Part shown: piece by piece, positions 1-13,214 of the stretch
Numbering within the stretch: position 1 is the first letter of the stretch
Layout: every line of letters begins with the position of its first letter
NCBI RefSeq assembly: GCF_009914755.1
Contig: NC_060938.1
DNA: 64,000 bases
Origin: the human T2T-CHM13v2.0 reference genome, Homo sapiens
Strand: one strand, 5' to 3'
Position numbers and translations under genes: made by a program
The notes under the pieces: model-generated
What the model was told of the DNA's origin: nothing
What the model saw: only the letters and a program-made list of their open reading frames with translations
Databases searched by the model: none

Positions 1-960
1 ATCTTGAAAAAGAACAGAGCAGCAGGACTCACACCTTCTAATTTCAAAACTTACTACAAAGCTACACTGATCAAGACAGTATATGGTACTGGCATAAAGA
101 CAGACATACAGAACAAGTGAACAGAATAGAAAGCCTAGAAAAAAAACCCTCACATATTTGGTCAAACAATTTTTGACAAGGGTGCCAAGAACATTCAAAA
201 CAGAAAGGACAGTCTTTTCAGCAAATAATGCTGGGAAAACTGGGTATTCAAATGCAAAAGCATCCTTACCTAACACCAAACAAAAATTAACTAAAAATGT
301 CTCAAAGACTTACTTGTAATACCTAAAACTATAAAACCCTTAGAAGAAAATACAGGGTAAAGCTTCTAGATACTGGATTTGGCAATGATTTCTTGAATAT
401 GATACCAAAGCACAGGCAACAAAAGAAAAAAATAGACCAATCAGACTTAATGAAAAATTTTAAATTCTGGACTACATAGAACTCCTAAAATTTAATAAAA
501 ACAAGTAATCCAATTCAAAAATGGGCTAAGGACTGAACAGATGTTTCTCCAAAGATATATAAATGGCCAATAAGCACATGAAAAGATGCCTAACACTGGC
601 TGGGCGCAGTGGCTCACACCTGTAATCCCAGCACTTTGGGAGGCAGAGGCAGGCAGATCTCTTGAGGTCAGGAGTTCGAGACCAGGATGGCAAACACAGC
701 AAAGCCCTGTCTCTACTAAAAACACAAAAATTAGCTCGGTGTGGTGGCGAGTGCCTGTAGTCCCAGCTCTTTGGGAGTCTGAGGCAGGAGAATCACTTGA
801 ACTCGTGAGGCAGAGGTTGCAGTGAGCCCAGATCACTCTACTGCACTCCAGCCTGGGTAACAGAGTGAGTGAATCTGTTCCAAAAAAAAAAAAAATGCCC
901 AACATTACTAATATTTAGGGAAATGCAAATCAAAACTACCATGAGATGCCACCTTACACA
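1..960 (+). mobile_element. Old L1 (L1M-type) ORF2 3' region fragment, interrupted by an Alu
   Basis: L1 ORF2-like text (ctacaaagctacactgatcaagacagtatatggtactggcataaagacagac; gggaaatgcaaatcaaaactaccatgagatgccacctt) continues on both sides of the Alu at 598-895. Confidence 0.85.
598..895 (+). mobile_element. Alu (AluS-like), full length
   Basis: ggctgggcgcagtggctcacacctgtaatcccagc head, A-rich linker and A tail; degenerate TSD (aagatgcctaacact / aaaatgcccaacatt). Confidence 0.95.
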
Positions 961-1044
961 GGAAATGGCAAAGGGCCTAGCTATCAGAGAAGTAAGTTAA
1001 GATTGGAAGACCAAGGACAAGAAAGTCTGGAGTAGAGAGGCATA

Positions 1045-1421
1045 TGGACTATACAATGAAAGAACTGTCCTCCCAAAATTCATAGGTTGAAGACTTAACT
1101 CCCAATGTGATGGTATTTGGAGATGGGACCTTTGGGGAGGTAATCAGTGTTAGATGAGGTCACAAGGTACAGGCACTCATTATGGGATTAATGTTCTTAC
1201 AGGAAAAAGAAATCTCTCTCTGCACAAAGAAGAGATTACGTGAGCACAAAGTGAGACGGTGGTGCCTACAAGCTAAGAGAAGAGGCCTCAGCATGATAAC
1301 TACCTTGCTGGCACTTTGATCTTGGACTTCTCAGCCCCCAGAACACTGAGAAATAAATTTCTGTTGTTGAAGCCATCCAGTCTATGGAATTTTGTTATGG
1401 AAGCCTGAGCTGACTAAGACA
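1045..1421 (+). mobile_element. MaLR LTR (MLT1A-like) inserted in the ERV-L internal region
   Basis: cccaatgtgatggtatttggagatgggacctttggg ... aataaatttctgttgttgaagccatccagtctatgg...gactaagaca. Confidence 0.85.
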
Positions 1422-2037
1422 GACAGATACATGAAACTGGATGCAAAGTATGAAGTTCTTTGTATAACATGTTAGCACCAGAGAACATATACCATGAAAG
1501 AGGAACTAAGCAACCAAGTAGAAAAAATGACTTTGCTTGGCATTAGCACTCTGAGCACATGAACAAAGCAGACACAGTACAGACAACATGGCCCCAACTG
1601 CAAGGGGTCCTACTTACCAAGGCTGATCCAGCTACTGTGAAACCAAATATCTAGCCTAACAGTGACAGAGACCAACTCTAAGCCCCTAAAATAGCCCCAT
1701 TCAAGACTAATCACATGGTTGGCAAGTTGACTACACTGGGCCCTTTCTACCCTAGAAAAAAGAATATTTTACTTTGATAGAAGTAGAAACATTTGAGATG
1801 GATTTGCCTTTCCTCAGAGGCAGTGTTTGTTCCTCTGGCACAGGACTCCACATACCATATCACACCAAAGGACCCAGGCACCCAGTTTACAGCAAAGGAG
1901 GTAACCATGGGATTCACTGGTCATATCATAAACCACACCAACCAGAGGTAGGCAGACTAACAGAGCACTGGAACACCCTGATGAAGGCACAGCTGAAGCA
2001 CCAGTTCAGAGGGCATACTCTATTAAAATGATGCACT

Positions 2038-2306
<269 letters not shown>

Positions 2307-3043
2307 CTATTCTCCAAGATGCAGTATATATTCTGAATTAAAAGGCTTTATATGATGCTGTGACTCCCATAGGAAAAACACATGAGTCTGGCAACAAGAG
2401 GTAAAAGCAGAAAGTGGGTTCACTTATCATGACTCCCAGTTTGTGCTTGGGATCCCTGTAACTCTAGGTTCTTCCGGAATAGTCTTGGTGCCCAAAGAAG
2501 GAACACTTTTGCCTACGAACATAGTAAGAGTGTCATTAAACTATAACTACAAGTACTGCCTGGTCATATTGTCTCTTTATATCTAGGGAATAAGAAGAGG
2601 AGTGATCATCTTTGGCTAGGGCAATCAACCATAATGATCAGGATGAGGCAGGGCTGCTAATACACAATGGGGGCAGAGAGCAGTATGTTTGGCACACAGA
2701 TGATCCTCTCAGGGATCTCTTAACACCCCCTCAACCAATTCTGAAAATGTATGGACAAGTGTTACAACCCTGGCCTAAAAAGGGTATTATAACCAGTTAA
2801 GATACCAAGAACATCAGAGGTACCAGTTGAAGGTAAGGCAGAGTTACAATCGATAGTAGAGGTGAGAGACAGTGAATATCAGTTGCAACTCCGAGACCAG
2901 CTATAGCAGTGGGGGCCACAGTTCATCTCACTAGCCTTCTTCTTCTAATTTTCCTCCAGGATGAGACCCAACCAGAATGTCAGAAGAGCTGCTCCCCAAA
3001 TGTATATGAAGAAGTAAAGTCTAATAGTGGAACAAGGGTTGTC

Positions 3044-3480
3044 TGTGGTGAACACAATAATGTGCCATCCAGATTGCCCTTCAAGAAGGGACTTGCTCTA
3101 ACTGCTAATAGTGCTGTCAACAAAAAGCCTTCATGGGCAGATTTTCAGGGACCTCATCAGATGCAAAGAGACACTTCACCCAATGTCATGTCTTTCCCAA
3201 TGTGATCCATACCCAATGACTGATTAAGATGGGAGTATAAGGGCCAGACCACTTTGGTCCAAAGCAGGACAACTCTGACAGGTCATTTTAGTTTCAGACC
3301 TCCCCACAGAAGCCATCAACACTGCCACTGGACGAAAACTGTAACTCTACTTCTCCACATGCTCAATCTTGTATCCTTGCTCTGCCCCTCATAAATGTTC
3401 ATCCAAGGTTACTTCCTAATAAATATTCTGCATACTAAACTGTCTCAAAGTCTGCTTCCCAAAAGACCCAACCTGCAACA
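3044..3480 (+). mobile_element. ERV-L 3' LTR (LTR16-like)
   Basis: TG...CA termini; 3' end aataaatattctgcatactaaactgtctcaaagtctgcttcccaaaagacccaacctgcaaca resembles LTR16-type ends. Confidence 0.7.
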
Positions 3481-3484
3481 CCTT

Positions 3485-4030
3485 AGTAGTCCAGTCAAGA
3501 GATGGCAGTGACTCAGATGAAAGTGGCAGTGGATGAGGTGCTGAGAAATAGGTTCATGACGTCTTAAGGCATGCATTCATATAAGTTGCTGATAGACTGG
3601 ATATGTGGAGAAAGAAAAAAAAGGAATAAAAGATTACTCATTGAGGTAGAGGTTTGCAGCCAGGACAACTTTGTGAATGGTGGTGCTAATTACTGAGATG
3701 GGAAGATCAGGGAAGGAGATGGATGAGGGAGCAGTGAAACAAGAGTTTTGTTCCACATATGTTAAAGTGTAGATGCCTATTAGATATGTAAGAGAAATAT
3801 AGAGCACATAGATGGAAAAACAAATTTTTACTACACGGAAGAAGCTGGAGCTTCACAAAATTTGAATCATCAACATATAGATGGTTACTTAAGGACTGGT
3901 TGAGATCTACGAGGAAGAAAGGCATGCCAAGATTTGGAGATAAGAGCAGGAAAACAATCCAACAAAAGAAAGCAAGAGGCACCAGTGTAGGTGGAAGAAA
4001 ATAAGAGGTCAGTGTCCTGAAAGCAAAGTA
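3485..4030 (-). mobile_element. L2 fragment (RT region)
   Basis: Minus-strand ORF 3707-4033 retains HLYVDDS, a relic of the RT YADD motif; L2-like text. Confidence 0.7.
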
Positions 4031-4563
4031 CACATTTTATCCTCAGAGACAAATTATCACAAGGGTTTACGAGAAGTCAGCAATTGATCCCCAAGGGATG
4101 GAAGTTCCAAAAAAGCAAAAAATAAAAAATAAATAAATAAATAAAAATTTAAAAATTCTGCTTATATAAGCAAATAAATCCTAATGCCTTGCTTTCTAAT
4201 ACTTTATCTTGCTGCAAAGGCGCTTACAGTGACAAAAAGCCAAATTAACAAATCCTAAGACCTCCAAATGACCAAGTCCTCCCAAAAGACTTCTCAAACA
4301 ATTCCCTGTAATACAAATACCTGTAAAAAAATTTTTAAATCCTTCAGAATTTTATAAGGCTGACAAAGGTTTAGCTTCACTTTGTTTTGCTATAGTAATC
4401 AAAAGCAAAAATTACCAAGCCAAAACAAAAATCTAGAACTATGCACTAAGATACTACCATATGAAATTTAGCTTTACATAATTGGTTGTTATATTGCTCC
4501 ATTAAACTGATTTTATATGCTTTACAAATGTTACCAATTGTAACATTAAAATATGATGTTTGT

Positions 4564-5133
4564 CATTGTGAGAGACAGTGTGACGATTCCTCAAGGATCT
4601 AGAATCAGAAATACCATTTGACCCAGCAATCCCATTACTGGGTATATACCCAAAAGATTACAAATCATTCTACTATAAAGACACATGCACACGTACGTTT
4701 ACTGCAGCACTATTCATAATAGCAAAGATTTGGAACCAACCCAAATGCCCATCAATGATAGACTGGATAAAGAAAATGTGGCACATATATACCATGGAAT
4801 ACTATGCAGCCATAAAAAAGGATGAGTTCATATCCACTGCAGGGACATGGATGAAACTGGAAACCATCATTCTCAGCAAACTCACACAGGAACAGAAAAC
4901 CAAACACTGCATGTTCTCACTCATAAGTGGAAGCTGAAAAATGAGAATACATGGACACAGGGAGGGGAACATCACACACCAGGGCCTGTCAGAGGGTAAT
5001 GGACTAGGGGAGGGACAGCATTAGGAGAAATACCTAATGTAAATGAGGGGTTGATGGGTGCAGCAAACCACCATGGCATGTGTATACCTACGTAACAAAC
5101 CTGTACGTTATGCACATGTATCCCAGAACTTAA
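4564..5133 (+). mobile_element. L1PA 3' end (ORF2 C-terminus and 3' UTR), 5' truncated
   Basis: ORF 4755-4937 MIDWIKKMWHIYTMEYYAAIKKDEF...CMFSLISGS is the L1 ORF2 C-terminus; ends at cccagaacttaa. Confidence 0.95.
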
Positions 5134-5554
5134 TGGTATTTGTGGTCATTTCTACTGAAAAATCTCTTGGATGTCAATCCCTTGGACAGGAACATAAATC
5201 CCTAATTAAATAATGTTGCTTCCTTGACACAAATTCAATTTTTATATTTTCTTGTATCTCCATTCCCAAAAGCAGATCCAATACAATGTGTTGGAACCAC
5301 CCAAAAACTCAAAGAAGCTAGGATATTTCCCCCAGCCTAGGTAAAAAAAATAAAGTAAGTCTCAGATCGTTTCAGAGAGATATTTCTGTATCTTGTTAAA
5401 CCAACTAACCCATCGGTTCAAAAGTACTGCCTATCATGTATTTTCCTTAAATTTATTATGGATACCACTGTCTAACAAATCATTAAAACACTACCTCCTT
5501 TTAGTGAGAAACTTCCCTATATAATTCCTACTACACTATCAAATTCACACACAC

Positions 5555-5843
5555 TTTTCTTTTTTTTTTTTTGAGATACAGTCTCACTCTGTCACCCAGT
5601 CTGCAATGCAGTGGTACAATCTCGGCTCCGCCTCCTGGGTTCAAGCAAGTCTCATGTCTCAGCCTCCTGAGTAGCTGGTATTACAAGTGTGCGCCATCAC
5701 ATCCGGCTAATTTTTATATTTTTAGTAGAGATGGGGTTTTGCCATGTTGGCCAGGCTAGTCTCTAACTGCTGGCCTCAAGTGATCTGCCCGCCTCAGTCT
5801 CTGGAAATGCTCGGATTACAGGTGTGAGTCACCACATGCAGCC
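5555..5843 (-). mobile_element. Alu
   Basis: T tail followed by reverse-complement Alu body; TSD-like aattcacac / agttcacac. Confidence 0.9.
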
Positions 5844-8011
5844 AAGTTCACACTCTTATATCTACCCTTTAGGGTTCTTATCTTGTACCACCTACCCAAA
5901 TTTCTCTGTACCTCAAAACAAACAGCCACACTTCCGTCAGACTATTCCAGTCTTCTTTTCAAGCCCATGCTACTCCTGCTTCCTAACCTGTGGCCAGGTA
6001 ACTCACCCCACCAAGTATGGCCTTTCTCCTCCAACAATTCAAACACTGCTATACCATTATTCAAAGCCTGGCTCTATTCCCGTTTCTTCTTTGAAGGGTT
6101 CCTTCCTTACATGGTCTCCATTAATTTCTCCACTCTTAAACCCCTATGAAGCTTAAAAATTCAAATCCCAACACAGAACATTACTAATTGTCATTTTGTC
6201 ATTTATTGATTTAGAATCATTTTCATAAGTTTCACTCTTTTCTCCATACTTAAATTGAAAGCAAGGGGATGCTGTGTCATACATTTCTCTTGCTTTCCAG
6301 CTGTAGTCAACAGAACAATGCCGAGCATACCAAAACACTAGCTAGTTGGGGCCATGGCTGAAACCCCTGCAGAGGGTCTTGAAAGTCATGCTCTTGATCC
6401 ATACATCCAAAACCAAAAAGGCAGGACCACCACCCCACAACCCAGAAATAAAGAACAGGCATTACATGGTACTATCAATCAAAGATTCTAACAGAAACCA
6501 AATATGAGCCTAATACAATTCTGGCACTACAAAGAACTAAAAGAATTTTATAATATTCGGCCTCTACTTTCTAACCCCATTTTCTTTGATTTTTCAGTGA
6601 GATTCTTTACGTGTTTTCTGTATATTAATAAATAAGTTATATTTATTGAATACTGAGTTTTTAAAAAAGCACCACAAAATATTTTGTCTCAGGCTAGCAA
6701 AATGGATTTCAAAGGTAGTATGAAAAGGTAGAAAAATAAAGCTCATTAAGACACTAATATAACTAAAGCAAACTTTGAAAAAGTATTTTGAAAACTACTT
6801 GCACAAACACTACAAAATAAATAATTTTACTTTTTAAAATTAGTCAATGTTAACATTCAATCTTGAAGCCCTTTAAACTATGAAATTAGCCAATTAATCA
6901 TGTTATCAAAATTGTTTTGAAGACTATTTAAACGATGGTAGTTTAGAATCTTACAAAATATTTTAGATTCTCTTAAGCAAAATATTTTTCCAGGATAGAA
7001 TATATCTCATTTCGAACAGTAAAGTTATATATATTATGTCTATGTCCAAAAGGGAAAGGTAACAAATGTTACAATTCCTGTTACACTAGTCTCAGCAGAA
7101 TCATATAATTAGATTTAAAATTCGTAATGCAAGAATGTTCTTTAAATATCATCACAGCCCAGCTCTTTCATCTCATTTTTATAAATAAAGAAACTGAGGA
7201 AATGAAATTTAAGTCTTATCAAGGTACTAAACCAGGATTCTAACCCAGATATTTTTCCCACTCTATTATAGTGCCTTTAACATTTATAGACTGTGAAATT
7301 ACTTTAAATATTTAATAAAATCTGCCATTAGCATTTCAAATCAAATTAAGTGTATTGCCAAATACACACGTTAAATATTCTTACAGGCATTTAATAGACA
7401 CCTTGGAAATGAAATTAAACAAGTGAAAGAATCATTTGCTTCTTTCGTTTATTATAACTTGAATAAGCAAAGATATGTAAATAACTATATTTTCTCATTT
7501 TCAAATTTCGGCTTCAAGGAAGTAACATCAGAAAAGTTTGCTAAGTTTTAAAAATATATATATACATAAACTATTGACAATCAAACTTTTAAATTATTTA
7601 TCACTCAACTAGAACTTTCGTTTAATTTGTAGGTTATGTTTATTTGCACGGTGTTACATGAAATTGCAATCCACTTTTAAGAGAACAAGGCAATCAATCA
7701 CTCTTTCAAATCTCTCTCACACATGTGGGCACACACACACCTCAACTATCTAATTTCCTGGGAACACCAGGGACTCAGTATTTTAGATTAATTACACACA
7801 TGTGCAGTCTATAATACTGTCCTCAATTTAATGACTTGCTTATTCCAAAAGTTCACTTCCAAGTTGCTTGGACTGGAGAACTCCAAAGCATAAAATACTT
7901 AAATGGAACTCTATTACTCTTAAGCATCAACCTCTACCTCTACCACTGTCTCCACTAAGACCAGCAGAAGGCTATTAGATCTTGGTGCAGGTAAGAAATT
8001 GATCGGCCTCT

Positions 8012-8467
8012 GTTACAGTTATCTATTGCTGCCTAACAACCACTCAAATAGTTAGTGGCCTAAAATAACAATAATCATACTGTTCACAAATCTGATTGGA
8101 GGAGGGCTCAGCAGGGAAACCTGGTCTCTGCTCCACATGAAATAAGCTGGGGCTGCTCAACTTGGCTAGAAGATAGTCTTCCAAGATGGCAAGTTGGTGT
8201 TTACTGTTAGCTGGGAGTTCAGCCAGAGCCAAGGGCAAAGGGCCTTGGTTCTTTCAAAGGGCTGCATGGGCTTTCTCTTGGCATGGCTGCTAGAGTCCAA
8301 GAGGTTACCTAACCTTGCAAATCACTACATAGCATCACTTCTATAGTCATAGGCCTGTACAGATTCAAGAAGTGAACACAGAACCTACTTCCTATGGGAG
8401 GGGCATAAACATCACAATGTAGGATGGCAGATCTTGTGACCATCCTGAAAAATACAACCTTCCACAG
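8012..8467 (-). mobile_element. MaLR LTR (MLT1-type)
   Basis: tgttacagttatctattgctgcctaacaaccactc...ttccaagatggc...cagattcaag. Confidence 0.7.
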
Positions 8468-8699
8468 CCCCTTTTTGTAATCCTCTCCTACTATAATCTC
8501 CTACTTCTTGGATCATTTACTCTGAGTCAACTGAGACTGAGAAGGCTGAAGTGTTCCCTCCCTGATAGATCTCTAATCTAGTTCTCATCTCAATCCACTT
8601 AAATTGAAAGTGGCCAACACCTAATTTTTTAAAATGGATACTACTCTCTTAATAGTATGCTTCTAAGCAATTTAAATTTCTCAACTCAATTTAGTCATC

Positions 8700-8820
8700 A
8701 AAAAAACCTTCTGAAGTAGATACCATTATTTCCCCCATTTTACAGATGAGAAAACTGAGGTACAAAGAGGTTGGGTAACTTGCCAAGATCACACAACTAG
8801 TAAGAGGCAGAGCTGAGAGA
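8700..8820 (-). mobile_element. MIR
   Basis: cccattttacagatgagaaaactgagg...aacttgccaagatcacacaactag core. Confidence 0.8.
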
Positions 8821-8979
8821 TGTCTTCCACCTCCTGGCTAAATTACCACCCACATAAAGTGATACTTCCTAAACTGCTATGTCTAACTGTGATCTCTTTC
8901 TGAGTTACTAATTCATATTTCCATTTGCCTTGTGGACTTCTTTACCAGGATGTCTTGCTAAAAACTCAAAGTGTAAATA

Positions 8980-8980
8980 C

Positions 8981-9023
<43 letters not shown>

Positions 9024-9206
9024 CGTATATATATACACATATATTAAGTATATATATACATATATGTATATATTTATACATTAAGTATATATACATATAT
9101 ACATATATACATAAGTGTATATATATACATTAAGTATATATGTATATATATATGTATATATATGTGTGTGTATATATACGTATATATGTGTGTGTGTATA
9201 TATATA
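8980..9206. repeat. Compound (TG)n/(TA)n microsatellite
   Basis: Seen directly. Confidence 0.95.
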
Positions 9207-9634
9207 CTTAATGAATATATTATTTCTTCCCCCTGCAAGGGTCCTTCTAATTTTCTCTGTCACAGTTAATGAATCACCAACCACCTACTTTTCAAAGTTT
9301 ACAAATTTGGAATTTTAACTCCTCAGTAATCAAATTCCTTTAATTCTTCCTCCAAAATTCTTTTCAAATTTCTTCTCTGTCACCATTGAATTAGGTTAGA
9401 CTTTCATCTGGCCAGATTAATCAGTCAACAGATAATTCTGGAACACTTACCAAATGACAAGAACTATGTCAGGTTGCCCACGATCCCTATTTTCCCAGCT
9501 AACAATTTCTTCCCCCATAGAAGGCCATTCTTCACACTAACATTAAAATTGTCTGTCTCCCTGACCCTTACCCAAAAAAAGTAAGGTCAGCCCTCTTGCA
9601 TGAGGTATAAAAAGCCTTCTTAAAACTTCCCCCA

Positions 9635-9931
9635 GGCTGGACCCAGTGGCTCATGCCTATAATCCCAGCACCTTGGGAGGCCCTAGGTGGGAGGACCACT
9701 TGTGTCCTGGAGTTGGAGACTAGCCTGGGCAATACAATGAGACCCCGTCCCTACAAAAAATAAAAAATTAGCCAAGCATGGTGGCACATGCCTGTAGTCC
9801 CAGCTACTCAGGAGGCTGAGGTGGGAGGATCGCTTTTGCCTAGGAGGTCGACGCTGCAGTGAGCTGTGATTACACTACTGCACTCCAGCCTGGGTGACAG
9901 AGCAAAACCCTGTCTCAAAAAACAAAAAAAC
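9635..9931 (+). mobile_element. Alu (AluJ-like)
   Basis: Full dimer with AluJ-type gggaggatcgctt and gagctgtgat. Confidence 0.9.
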
Positions 9932-9932
9932 T

Positions 9933-10226
9933 GGCCAGGCACGGTGGCTCACGCTTGTAATCCCAGCACTTTGGGAGGCCGAGGCAGGTCGATCATGAGG
10001 TCAGGAGTTCGAGACCAGCCTGGCCAACACAGCGAAAGCCCATCTCTACTAAAAATAAAAAAATTAGCTGGGCATGGTGGCAGGCACCTATAATCCCAGC
10101 TACCCAGGAGGCTGAGGCAGGAGAATCGCTTGAAACCAGAGGCAGAGGTTACAGTGAGCTGAGATCACGCCACTGCACTCCAGCCTAAAAAAAAAAAAAA
10201 AAAAAAAAAGCAAAAAAACAAAAAAA
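9933..10226 (+). mobile_element. Alu (AluS-like) inserted in the A tail of the preceding Alu
   Basis: aaaaaaact flanks both sides; body ends early at cactccagcct followed by poly-A. Confidence 0.9.
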
Positions 10227-10229
10227 CTG

Positions 10230-10600
10230 CCCTCGAACTCCTATGGTCTCAATGCCTTGCCACCACTCCCTATTCTTAAAATATGCACATACACATCCTA
10301 ACTCTTCTCAACTGCCTCACCTTACAACAAACTGGAGCCATCTTGTGTCTCTGCCTTGGAATGCCCTTCTCCTGTCTGAAAAATCTCTACTCATCCATCA
10401 ACATCCAATTTCTATATGCCATTACTAAATGAAACCTTTCCTAATAATCCCTGGAAAAGATTCTATACTCCCACTGCGCTGTATTAATGTATTAACATGT
10501 CTGTCTTCCTCAACCAGATGCTTAACTCAACATCTTTTAACTCTAGTACCTGGAATGTCTGGCCTACAGATTCATTCAACGTTTGCAGAATGAATACATT
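10230..10600 (+). mobile_element. L2 3' fragment
   Basis: ctctgccttggaatgcccttc ... tttgcagaatgaat. Confidence 0.55.
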
Positions 10601-11887
10601 CTATCATATCCATGTTACTACAATTGGTAGCCAAGGTCTATAAACACTTAACAACTAATATGGTTAAAATAAATAGCATTTCAGCACCTTGACAGTAACG
10701 GGGTGCTCCTTACTTGTGTATCTCATGTTCGTTAGTATATACCTGGCTAGCTAATTGAACAAGAGACATCATTTTCAACAACTCTGTTTAACTAGCTTTT
10801 GTAATTTAGTTTGAAAAATTAAGAGACAAATAAATGTGGGAAAAGGTGTTCTTCAATATTCATACTCTAATTTGGAAGTCAAACAGCCATTGCTATCATA
10901 GCCAAATTACCTGACCTCAAGCACTATTATCAAGGAACCTATATTTACAGAAAGAAAAAAAAATGAAATTTTAATCCTGGCATTTAGGACCTCCAAAATT
11001 AAACCCCGATTTACCTTACATGCCACTCTTCCTCTTTATGTGTGCTATATATACTCCAGCCAAAATGAATGCTCCCCTTATCTCCAGGGCCTACAACCCT
11101 CCCTTTATGTCTTAGCTTTTATTGTCTGCTTTACTGAAAAGTCCCTCCATCCAGTTCCACAAACTCAAATCTAATTTATCCTCTGTAGGTAATTCAAATG
11201 CCACCTTCTAATCCTTTCTTTCTTCTAGAGGCAATCTTCCCATCCTCTCAACACCTATGGCACATCTAGACCTCTTTGAAACCATTTATAACCTTATTTT
11301 TAAGAGTATAGTATCATATATCCACCTTCTCTCCCTCTATTTGATAAGGACAAGTTCTATACTTAATTCTATTTTCCAAAATATGTACCTTGTAATTCAC
11401 AAAATTAAGTTAACAAGCAGTAGAAAATAAAAGTCTCTTTAAAAAAGAAAGAAAACAGTCTCATGGTGAAAAAAGTTGGGGAAATGGACTTCTCATCATC
11501 TTTAACATATTAAGGTATACCGCAAATCTCCAACGAAACAGACTATGCTCATTTCCATAACTTACTTGGTCACTGAACCCTTTTTTTTTTTTTTTGCGAC
11601 ACATCTCATAGGATTAATATTTCTATGGCATGCCCTTTGAGACATGCAGCCTCGTCAATTTCAGAACTTTATCTTGAACTTAAAAGGTACTCAACAAATA
11701 TCTGTAGAATGAATGAATAATTAACCCTAGTTACTAACCAAGAACTCTCCCGTAATGGTAGCCCAAACAGAGAAAAGCGAAGATTCTTGAAGAATTATGG
11801 GGGAAAAAATTAAGCAAATGAGGAAAGAATGTCCTCAGTAGTACAATAAAAGGAGAGAGGAACATTTGCAACAACATAAAAAGAACT

Positions 11888-12185
11888 GGCGGGGCACGGT
11901 GGCTCACACCTGTAATCCCAGCACCTTGTGGGGCCAAGGTGGGCAGATTGTTTAAGCCCAGGAGATCAAGACCAGCCTGGGCAACATGGTAAAACCTTAT
12001 TTCTGCAAAAAATTTTTAAAAATCAGCTGGGCATGGAGGCAGGCACCTCTAGTCCCAGCTACTCTGGAGGCTAAGGTGGGCAGATGGATTGTGCCAGGAG
12101 GGTAGAGGCTGCAGCGAGCAGTGATTACCCAACTGCACTCCAGCCTATGCGATAGAGCAAGACCCTGTCTCAAAAACAAAGAAAA
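11888..12185 (+). mobile_element. Alu (AluJ-like)
   Basis: Full dimer. Confidence 0.9.
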
Positions 12186-13125
12186 GGAATTTCTGAGCCC
12201 AGCCACTTTGTATATGTAGAAGATACAATTTATCTACACCACATAAGAATCCTTACTCAGAATGTCTATCCTGAGGAGATTTTAAAACACTGTACATGGA
12301 TCTTTTCAGAAAGATCTGTCAACAAAAGTTGAAACTAAGAAGGTATTCTGAGAAACTTCCAGGATATACACTATTACAATAGCCAAATCATCTATTACTA
12401 AATCATTTCGGTCAACTGAGGAAATATATTACAGTTTGATTTTGTTATATGAAGTTGTTTTCATTGAGAGTCATGGGACCAATAAGATTTTAAAAGAAGC
12501 AGAGTTAACATAATGAAATGTCATGGATTCAAAAGCTTAATTTTGTTTTCATTTAACTTCTCCTAACATGAAAAGTGAAAGCATAATTCTATTTAACAGT
12601 GCATGAAAATCAGGATGCATAAAAACCAAACATCCTTGACTACATCCTGCCTTCCGTTTTCCACAGTTCTCCAGCTGGGACTAAGAAAGGGAAGCAGGAG
12701 AAAAAGATACTTCCCGTGACTCTTACTACAACCTAGATGCTATGGCAGTAGTTACAGGAAACTGAGCAGTGACAGGATTTTTTTTCCTCCTCCCTCCAAG
12801 GCCAAGAGATCAACTTTTCACTTGGGGATGAAAACTTACTCAAGAGTAGAGTCCACTGTAGGGCTGGATTCATAGCAGTACCAGAAAAGATAAATGCACT
12901 TCTTAATTATAACTATTGAAACTTAATTGTAACTATTATGCTTTTAATTATGATGAAGCAACAAGCTACATATAGTCAAGAAAAAAAGTCACGTCAGTTT
13001 TAAGATCTATAAATACGTTTAAATTTGTCCTAAAAACCCTCTGGCCTAAGGGTAGTCTAAGGGCTACTGTCTCTATTATCACAGAATCTTACTGGCTACC
13101 ATGTAACTAGAGTCACTAAATTACA

Positions 13126-13214
13126 TTATATATATGTATGTTATATATACGTTATATATATATATGTGTATGTGTGTGTGTGTATATATATATATATATA
13201 AAACGTATATATAT
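13126..13214. repeat. (TA)n/(TG)n microsatellite
   Basis: Seen directly. Confidence 0.9.

Noticed and set aside
492-905. ORFs with [10 protein letters not shown] / [12 protein letters not shown] motifs here and at ~16100, 19240, 22700 and 57300-58300
   Set aside because: Translations of Alu elements
8908-9318. Several Y/I/C/V-rich ORFs
   Set aside because: Artefacts of (TA)n/(TG)n microsatellites
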